From assembly GCA_025558095.1 (NCBI GenBank), contig JAIVFI010000027.1, positions 496,001 through 560,000 on the forward strand: a DNA stretch of 64,000 bases, given 5' to 3'. Position numbers and translations under genes: made by a program. This document shows positions 55,519 through 64,000 of this stretch, one piece after another (the first letter of the stretch is position 1; each line of letters starts with the position of its first letter). This DNA is from Hyaloraphidium curvatum SAG 235-1. Taxonomy: Eukaryota > Fungi > Monoblepharomycota. The notes beneath the pieces are model-generated. The model searched no databases. It was not told the origin of the DNA and saw only the letters and a program-made list of their open reading frames with translations.

Positions 55519-56051
55519 TTGGTCAGACATGTGCCGGAGTGTGCTTGCCCCGGAGAGGTGCGATGCCCCGCCATCACGCGACAACGCTGTTTGGCCTCCC
55601 TCCCCCCCCCCCGGATCACCGGCCCGCCGCACGCCCGCGCGCCCTCCCGCCCTCCGTTCCGCTCTCACTAGTTCATTCTCCCCGCCCCGCGCGCGCGCGC
55701 CCGCCGCCCCGCCGCCTGTCGCCCTCCGTCGCCGCACCGGACTAAGCGCCCGTTGACTTCCGCACTCCGCGCGAACCCACGGCGGGGACTGCGGGGCACG
55801 AGGAACCACACTCCAACCCGCTCCCTGCGTCCGCCACGCTCTCCCGGCCCGGACCCGCGGTCGGCGTGACGGATGCGCGAGCGGGACACCCGCGGGTTCT
55901 AGGTGGAGGCGCAACGAGTTGTGCGGGGTGGGAGCCGTGGGTGGGATACTGGCGAGGGACGGGGGTAGGACTGAATCGAGTCAATATAGTCAACACCGTT
56001 CTGACTCCAACCGCCCCTCGATCCGCGTCCGCTCCGCTCTACGGAAACTTC

Positions 56052-57938
56052 TCATTCGTCCTGCTCCGTCTCGTCTCCCCCCAGCATCCCCTCCGCCGCT
56101 TCCGCCGCCTGCACCGCCGCGGGCAGCCCCAGCGGTGCCTGCGCGGCCTGCGCGGCCGCCTGCAGCCCGTGCAGCGCCTCCTGCAGCCCCTCCCCCCCTC
56201 CCAAATGCGGAAGCTCCAGCAGCTGCGCCACCAGCCCCACCAGTGCCTGCGTCGCGTTGCCGAGGGCCTGCACCGCCCCGCCGAGCGCGAGCACGCCCTC
56301 GGCGAGGCCGCCGTCGGACAGGTGCCATTCCTCGGGGAGATCGCCGGGCGGCGGGTCGGCGAGCGGCGGCCAGGGCTCGTCGTGGTCGTGGCGGACCGGG
56401 AGCCGGAGGACCTCGGCGGCCCCGCGGCGTTCCCGGCGGAAGGCGTCCCAGCGGTGGTCCCATGCGGCGAGCGCGACGCGGGTGATGCGGGGGGTGGCGC
56501 GGAGCATGGCGCGGAGGTCGCGGCCGCGGAAGCGGGTGCCGGCGTGGAGGCCGAGGGAGGAGATGGTGGGGTGGGCGGAGAGGGCGACGAGGTCCGGGGC
56601 GAACAGCGTGGAGCCGGCGAGGTCTAGGCAGGCGAGGTCCGGGAGCTGGGCCAGGATGGGGGGCAGGAGGCCATCGGGGAGGGGGAGGCCGAGATAGAGA
56701 GAGGTGAGGGTGGGGGGCAGCGGCGGCACGTGGAACGGGACGAGCTGGCGGGGGGGCGCTGGGGGTCAGCACACCTGATCCGGACCGGGACGGAATAGAC
56801 TACCCACCAACGGCTTGGTCCGGTGCAGACGGAGCTCAGTGAGCCTCGGGCACCGCACCAGCGCACGCCCTAGCGCGTTCGCGAGCTCTTCGTCCAGCGG
56901 AAAGTGCGTCACCGTCAGGCTCTCGAGCCGCGGCCCGCAGAGCGCCTCGAGGATCTCCTCGCGCGGCATCTCGGGCGCGTAGTCGTGTTGCACGATCATC
57001 ACCAGCGAAAGGCTGCGCAGGCGGGCGGCGGCCTTGGCGACGGCGGCGCATGAGGCGGGCGTGACCCAGTCAGGCACGCCGAGGGAGAGGTGGTCCAGCA
57101 GGGGGAGGCGGTCGATCAGCTTGGCGAGGTCCGACCCCGGGATCCGGCCGTCCAGTCGCAGGGACCGCAGCGAAGGGGGGGCGGCTGCCGCGAGCGCCTT
57201 GCCGAACCCCTGCTCGGGTACCAGCTGTGCCGGCACGCTGCCGTCGGGCAGGTGCAGCGCCTCGAGCTCGGGCCACGACCGCAGGCCGCGGGCAAACACG
57301 GCGGCGGGCGGCAGCGCGGGGATTCGCACGCCCCTGAGGCCGGGCAGCGAGCGTGCGGCGACCCAGATTCGCTCCAGGTCCGGGTTGGCGCCCCACAGCG
57401 TGGCGGTCGACCTGACGGCCAGGAAGACGAGGAGGTGGGAGAGGTGCTGCATGTGCGGCAGGGCGACGGCCAGGCGGCGGGCGAGGATCGAGGCGCCCTC
57501 GGGCAGCTTGAGTGAGAGGCGACGCACCAAGCCGCCGTACGTGGCCCCCCTAGGCGACTCCAGAGCCCGCAGCACCATCTCCCCGCGTTCCACCGTCCTC
57601 GCGTCTTCTTCAGAAATTGGCTCCGACAGGTTTTCCGCACTGTTCAGGGCGAGGTCCTCCAGCGCGAGATGGCCCCACAGGCGTGCCGCGACGTGGCCAA
57701 ACAGTGCGCTCGACGTCCGGAGCAGAGGCAGCAGCGCCGCACGACCGCCGCCGCACGAGCAGCCGCGCTCAGGGAACCCGTCTGCTAAGGGGGCGCGGCC
57801 CGCGGCGCACGGCGGGGACAGGAAGTCGAGCACTCGCGAGAGGACTTCGGGAGGGAGGTCCGCCAGCCCGGGGCCAGCATCGGTCGGGGAGGCGCCCGAT
57901 GCCCGCGAGCGGCGTTGGGCACGTTGTCCTCTGGCCAT
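56052..57938 (-). CDS. F-box/RNI-like LRR protein (2 exons)
   Basis: LADLPPEVLSRVLDFL, ALESPRGATYGGLVRRL, multiple LxxLxL repeats and LRAMLRATPRI. Intron at ~56740-56805. Confidence 0.78.
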
Positions 57939-58149
57939 TTATGATACGGGAAAAGCGGGCGACGGCGGGAAATGGGGGTTGAGACGGAAGCAATGTGTGT
58001 TGTTTGCCGGGGCGAGCCCGCTGGCGGCGCGGCCGCCTACACCAAGCTCGGACCACCGGATTGACCTTCGTCCGAAAGGTCTTTGTCAATTAATCAAAGG
58101 TACGCCGAGGATACATGACGACGGATTCCATTAGGGCACCCCTACCCAT

Positions 58150-58720
58150 CGTCAGCACAGCACCCCGGCCCCATTCGAGAAGCCTCCCAACGTCAAGCGG
58201 GAGGCGGACACACGCTTTGCAGGGTGAACACCACGCCTACTCCCCCGAGCACCCTCCACAGCGCCACCCCAAGAATGACCAGCGTGACGACCAGCGAGAC
58301 CACCAGCGTGACGACCAGCGTGACGACCAGCGTGACGACCAGCGTGACGACCAGCGTCTTGGCCAGTCACCACGTTATCTGAACCCCCACGAAGGTCGCC
58401 CGCCACCCGCCGGCGCCAGAGAAGGTGGCCAGAAACGCGGCGTGCGCGTGGAGCTCGTCCTCGATCGCGTGGCGGGCGGGGATGCTGGTGGGGGCTCCTC
58501 GCAGCGTTAGAGCTTCGATCTGCGAATTGACCGAGGGCAGCACGGCGAGTCCACAACGAAAGCATCCACACACACGTAGAGCAGCACGGTCCCACATGCA
58601 GACGCAGCCGGTGGTGGCCAGGTTGGCGGCCAGGCCGACCAGACCGATGGCGGGAACGGGGAGGACGACAAGAGCGATCCAGGTGTTGGCTGAGAATACA
58701 CCGGCGCCTGTAAGATAGGT
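58150..58720 (-). pseudogene. C-terminal fragment of the multi-TM family (copy of 62725-63200) with frameshifts, a deletion and a repeat expansion
   Basis: GLVGLAANLATTGCVCMW...VNSQIEAL...EDELHAHAAFLATFSGAGGWRATFVGVQITW*LAKT(LVVT)n. Confidence 0.7.
58278..58357. repeat. 12-bp tandem repeat (ACCAGCGTGACG) x ~6.7
   Basis: Directly visible. It encodes (TLVV)n on the minus strand. Confidence 0.95.
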
Positions 58721-59357
58721 GGAGGGTGACGTAGAGCTCGGGGGCAGGGACGGGTTCCGCGACGGTGTCGGGCCCGCCGGGTCGGTGCGAGAGCCCTCGG
58801 TCGGGGCGGTTGCGGGCGCGGCGACTTTCCCGCGCTGCAGACGTCCGAATGAAGGGAATCCGATGGAGAAATTCTCCGGCAGCCCTACTTTTGCTAGCCC
58901 CATTCGGTCGGGCCGCGCTTTAGTCCCGCCCGAAAAAGCCGTCAGCACAGCCATCCGTTCGGAGCCGATCCCCCGCACCGCGGAGGCCGAAATGAGGAGC
59001 GGATTGGGGTTAGCCGCGTGGAATCCGAAGCACGGACGCCCCTTGGAGGTCCAGTCGGCCGGCGCCTCCCGGAGGTTCGGATGGGGACGGCGATGGGGCC
59101 GACCCCAGATGACCCGCTTCCGCCGCTTTGCCGAAGGTCGGCTCTAATTGGAGTTGGAAGCTGCGGTTCCGGCGCAAGTGCCCATCGCACTGCAGGAAGC
59201 ACCGTCTTCCGATCGTAAGCCGGACAGCCCGGCGCCGCTCCATGCACGCCAGTGCGTCCGATCCGTCGGGAAGTTTGCCGCACCCTTGGTTGAAGTCTTT
59301 CCGCCCCCGTCGATTCCCGCCTCCGGGTGGCGAATCGCCCCAACCCGCGACACAGCA

Positions 59358-60499
59358 ATGTGCCTCCGTGAAGGAAACCGGGGCCCCGCAGACATGCACG
59401 GCGCTTCGGAGGGGTCCTGCTGCTGCGGGGACTGCGGCGCGTGCCGCTCGCTGGTGGTCGCCGAGGGCCGCGCTCGCCGGAAGGAGTTCACGCTGGTGCG
59501 CGCGCTGGGCGCCGGCGCGTCCGGCACCGTGCACGCCGCCGTGTGCAGGCGCACGGGCGCGGCCGTCGCCGTCAAGTCGTGCCGCAAAGCCGCGCCGGGG
59601 GTGTCGGCGGCCGGCTGCGACCGGGCGGCCCTCCGGCGCCGGCTGGCCGCCGTCGCCGCGCTCCGCCACCCCAACCTGCTCCGCGTGTACGATTTCTTCG
59701 AGACCAGCGGGACGTGCTACGCCGTCATGGAGCTCGCCGAGGGCGGCGACCTGGACGCGTACCTCTCGTCGGTGGGCAGGCTGCCGGAACGCGACATCCG
59801 CTCCGTGCTGCACGGACCGTGCTGCACGGAATCCTCTCGGGCCTGGCGCACCTCCACTCCCGCGGCATCGCCCACAGGGACGTGAAACCGGCCAACGTCC
59901 TGCTCCGAAGGAAGGACGATCCCTCGTCGGTGGTGCTGGCGGACTTTGACGGCTGCTTCGTTTCCAACCCCGGGGAGGACGCTCCCGGCATGAAGACCCT
60001 CGTCGGCACCCCGTACTTCCTGGCCCCCGAGCTGGTTTCCGGGAAGGGGTACGGCCCCGAGGTCGACGTCTACGCCGCAGGGTGCATCGCCTTCCTCCTG
60101 GCGTGCGGCCGCACCCCATTCGGAGACTCTTCCTCCTTTGGCGAGCTCTACTCCCGCATATCCAGCGGGGGCTGGCTGTTCCCCAGCAGCGCGCGCATCT
60201 CCCGCTCGCTCGAGGACCTCATATGCAGCATGCTCCGGACGGATCCCGCGGGGCGCCCTTCGGCCTCCGCGGCCCTCGCGCACCCCTTCGTCGCCCCCTG
60301 CGCCCGGCGCAGGTCGGCCAGCGGGGTCCGCGTGCGGTTCGACGAGATGACGGGGGAGCTGGTTCCCGAGGAGGGCGGGAGGCGCGGCACGGGGTGGGGG
60401 GAATCGGGGGCCGAGGCGGTGGAGCTGGCGTTGGGGGCAAGGGCGGCGATGCTCCGGGCGGGACGGGGGATCCACGTGGGGGAGGCGTCGTCAGTCTAG
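59358..60499 (+). pseudogene. CAMK-like Ser/Thr kinase disrupted by a 14-bp tandem duplication (59803-59830)
   Basis: LGAGASGTV, VAVK, HPNL and VMELAEGGDL are in one frame. HRDVKPAN, LADFD, GTPYFLAPE and HPF are in another. CCGTGCTGCACGGA x2 sits at the junction. Confidence 0.8.
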
Positions 60500-60584
60500 T
60501 TCTGCACGGCAGCTGCCGTGCGATGCAATGCCAAATCGTACCCTGCAAAACTTTCGCCGGTCTCTTCATCCCGAGGGGATGGGC

Positions 60585-61677
60585 TCACATCCTGGCGGCC
60601 TGGACCGGAACCCTGCCCACCGCCGCCCTCGTCTGCCTCTCCACCAGCACGAGCGTCCCGTCCGGCGCCCACACCTCTGCCTCCATCCCGCCCACCGCGC
60701 CGCCTCGCGTGGCCCACGCGTGCTCCCTAAACCGCAGGTAGAGGTGCCGGCAGCCGGCGGGCACGGCGCCGTGGAAATGCAGGGAGACGGAGGTGGTGGC
60801 GGTGAATAGGGCCGAGGCGGCGAGGAGGCGGCCCGAGTAGGAGGCCGGGCCGCGGTCGGATAGGTACGCTGCGTCCTGCGGGAGGGGGCGGGGATTGAAG
60901 GGTCAGGGGATGCGAGGTGGGGAGCAGGCGGGAGCGCACGATGGCGTCGAGGCCGCGGGAGGCGGAGATGGGCGGTTCTGTAGCCATGCGGGGTTCAGAC
61001 CGATGCGCGGCGCAACGGTCGCTTTCGGTACCTGCGATCCACGGCGCCTCGTTCACCTCCTCCCACCTCTCCGCGCCGCACTCCCCCTTGACGATCTTTT
61101 CGGCCAGCCCGAGCGCCTCATCCGACATGGCCACGAAACCGTTGTAGTGCATCACCCCCGCCGCTACCCGCGGGATCCCCTTGGCGTCCGCCAGGCGGTC
61201 GAGCCAGCCGCGCACGCCGGACCCGGGCCCCTTGGTGAGCGAAGGTGCGAGCTTCAGCGCGCTCTCGAGCGACAGGTCGCGGTCCAGCGCGAGGCCGCCG
61301 CGTGCCGGGGGCTCGCTCTGGCACAGGCCCTGGAACAGCGCCAACACCTTGCCCGTCCGCACCGACGCCATCGTCGCGCGCACGACGCACTGCTTTTTCG
61401 ACCGGAACGCGACCTCCGCGGCGATCTCGCCCTCGTCGCCCGCCAGCGCCGCGCCCACGAGGTCCGCCTGCACCGCCACCGGATGCGCGAAGGCCGGCCC
61501 GGCGGCCGCCAGGATCGCGCGCAGACCCCACGCGACCGTCAGGCCGCCGTAGACCGGCTCGCCCGCGCGGCCGGTGCTCGCGAGCGCGGCGGGGAAGCGC
61601 GCGCGGAGGGCGGGACGGGCGCCGCCGGGGGAGGGCTCGAGCGCAAGGAGCGCGTCGAGCGTGGGTGCAAAGGCCAT
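60585..61677 (-). CDS. Double hot-dog thioesterase-like protein (TesB/4HBT_3-like), 3 exons; ends in PTS1-like ARM
   Basis: PVYGG, HPVAVQADLV, AAYLSD, TSVSLHFH and MEAEVWAPDGTLV...RQ. Confidence 0.75.
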
Positions 61678-62480
61678 ACGTTTGTCGCAGGAGGGTCGTA
61701 AAGCGCGACAATGGAACGCGATGCGGTCGGGGGACACTGGAACCTTCTTCGTGGATCGAACCTTCGCCGGAAGTCTCGGCGAACAAAAGCCGCCCGCAGC
61801 GACAGGATGGGTGCCGGCGATCCCCGACAAAGTCCACCGCCAGGACAGGTTCCAATCATCTCTCAGTCTCAACGAGTCCTGTCCTCCCTCCGCTCCGCAT
61901 CAGTACCCGTCCTCCCATATCGGCGCGCCGAACACACATCACCGCCCCATCCCCGCCCTCCTCTCCCTCTCCTCCTCCTCCCTCTCCCTCCTCGCCCCGT
62001 CCCTCGCCCGCATCCGCACCCAGCGTTTCCACCTCGCGTCGTTCCTCCGGAACGCCGGGCCGCGGCGGTGCAGCTTGGCGATCGTCTTCTTCAGCGGGCC
62101 GAGGATCGGCGAGCGGAGGGGGCGCGGGGCGTGCGGAAGACGAGGGGGGGTGCGGGGGCGGGAGGGGATGGGGCTGCTGGAAGGGTTGTCGGTGGTGGGG
62201 GATGCGACGAGGGGGTTGGCGGGCGTGGGAAGGTTGGTCAGAGGGCTTGGCGTGGTAGGCGGGATTGGCCGGGAGCTGCACGCCGCCGGCCCGGCCCAGG
62301 CGTCGTGCGAAACCGCCGCGGGACCCACTCCGTGCGCGCGCACACCGCGTTCTCCTTCCCAGCCCCCTCCACCTCATTGTGCTTCCCGAAGTGACCGTAC
62401 TGCTCGAGCAGGTCGCCGGTGGTGGGTTCCGCCCCCTGGGGGGTCCGCTCGCTGGCCGCCTTGGTCGCACCCAGCTTCCA

Positions 62481-62669
62481 CCAGCTCGAGTGCCCGGGCA
62501 CGAAGCTGGCCGATTTCAGCTCCAGTTCGACCGCCCAGTCATCGGTCCGAGAGCAGGCTGTGCCGCAAAGCCCTCCCCAAGAGCAGGCCGTGACGCTCGA
62601 CGGTCCAGAGAACACGTGCCCTTGCTCTCCCTCACCACGTACTCCACCGACTTGTCCACCGCCTCCTCC
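62481..62669. repeat. Inverted copy of the GT61 3' segment (55312-55518)
   Basis: The minus strand translates EEAVDKSVEYVVRESKGTCSLDR, and the UTR similarity continues with small indels. Confidence 0.9.
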
Positions 62670-62724
62670 ATTCCGCCCTCTCCGGCCTCCGCCCAAGCAC
62701 TGTCCGGCTCCCAAACCCGGCAGA

Positions 62725-64000
62725 TCATCCCGGGCACACGCTCTCGATCGTGAACACAACCCCAACACCCCTCAGTACGCTCCACAGCGCCACACCGAGG
62801 GTTATCAGCGTAACTCCCAGCGTCTTTGCCAGCCCCCACGTGATCGGCACCCCGACAAAGGTCGCCCGCAGCCCGCCGGCGTCCGAAAACGTAGCAAGCA
62901 GCGCCGCGTGCGCGCGAAGCTCATCCTCGGCCGCCAGACGGGCCGGAATGCGGGGGAGGGCAGCAGATTCGGCGAGCATCGCGCGCAGGGCGTACCGCGC
63001 CTCGGCATACAGCAGGGTGAGCGCGTCGATCTGGGTATTGACCGCCGGGAACACCACGAAGTCCGCGACGATGGCGTAGATGACCATCACGAACAGCATT
63101 ACGGTCCACAGGCACACGCAGCCGCCGGTGGCGAGGTTGGCCAAGAGGCCTACCAGGCCGGCGGCGGGCATGGCCAGGCGGCGAGCGAGATGAAGGGGTT
63201 GGAGCCGAAAGCGAAGCGACGGTGGAGGATCCAACGGCGCTTGTAGGACAGGTGGAGGATGGCATACAGCTCGGGTGCGCCCACAGCAGGGCCAGAAGGG
63301 TCCGAGCTGGCGGGGATGGTGCCCGCGAGGAGGCGCCTCTGTGACCGCTGCAGAAAGTCGCGGAGGGCGCGCGAGCTGGCACGCAAGTAGATCCGTGTCG
63401 ACAGAGAAGTCTCCGCTGGGCTGGGCCCCGCGCAGCGATAGAGCACCGAGCTCAGATTGTAGAGAACGCCGGCGACCATCGCGACGGTGCCCACGAGGAT
63501 GCCCCACCACGCTCCCCAGAACACGGGACCAAAGTGCACCACGGTGGTCCAAGTCATGGTGACGAAGAAGAAGGTGCCCAACATGTGCAAGGGCACAATG
63601 CGGAGAATGCGCTCCCAGAACATCCACGAAACAACACCGGAGCAGCACGAACGGCAAGGGCAGGCGGGGTCTCCGTCCACATGATCCAGCAAGGCCGAGC
63701 CGGCCTTGATTGCACGCGCCCAGTTGCGCGCGCCCGCCAGGTTTGCGGCCATCCCGTCGCCAGCGGTTCTTCTCCACTTAGGAGGGGCGAAGGCGAGCAA
63801 GATTGCGATCTGAATAACCACTGTCACGACCCAGAAGACAGAGACGCCGCTGACCGAAGCCGCAATGTTGCGCTCGGGGAACGTTCCGTCATTGACCTTG
63901 AAGGCGAGCGCGGCAGCAGCGGTAATGGAAATGGAGGTCGCTAGGCTGAACATGGCGGCTGCCCGGAGGTCCGCGAGGTTCAAACGACCCGCTGTCCACG
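62725..64000 (-). CDS. Multi-TM (CPCxxC) family protein, possibly 7TM gustatory-receptor-like; 5' end outside the window; 1-nt frameshift near 63177
   Basis: About 7 hydrophobic helices, DPACPCRSC, WTTVVHFGP, VNTQID and a C-terminal RATFVGVPITWGLAKTLGVTLITLGVALWSVLR. Confidence 0.65.

Noticed and set aside
61939-62470. Possible minus-strand gene tail (LHRRGPAFRRNDARWKRWVR...)
   Set aside because: No family match, and the 5' end abuts the duplicated GT61 fragment. It may be a remnant, but this is unsupported.

Overview
This is a very GC-rich, gene-dense eukaryotic window with short GT-AG introns (mostly 50-80 nt, GTGGGT/GTGAGT donors, CTGAC branch points). A Zn(II)2Cys6 transcription factor and fungal secreted-protein families point to a fungus. 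I infer an early-diverging, chytrid/Monoblepharidomycetes-like lineage, but the sequence does not prove this. About 40 genes or gene remnants are visible. They include housekeeping genes (RBM25/Snu71, Mex67/NXF1, NDUFB2), an inverted pair of alpha-methylacyl-CoA racemases, bacterial-type metabolic enzymes that are often intronless (glutaminase, asparaginase, LigB dioxygenase, VOC protein, Ldh_2 dehydrogenase, BVMO, acyltransferase 3), expanded lineage-specific F-box/LRR and multi-TM families with many frameshifted copies, and several secreted proteins. The stand-out signal is missed by the ORF track. It is a 4-exon minus-strand SelU/PRXL2-type gene (6053-6832) with an in-frame TGA at the redox UxxC position (RRPG-U-WFC-REEA) and a canonical type II SECIS element in its 3' UTR (5924-6002), i.e. 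a fungal selenoprotein. Other notable items are an unexplained ~330-nt rod-like RNA foldback (25977-26310), a protein kinase with a signal peptide, a possible macrodomain-like gene, and a candidate 7TM/gustatory-receptor-like family. All exon structures were derived by eye.
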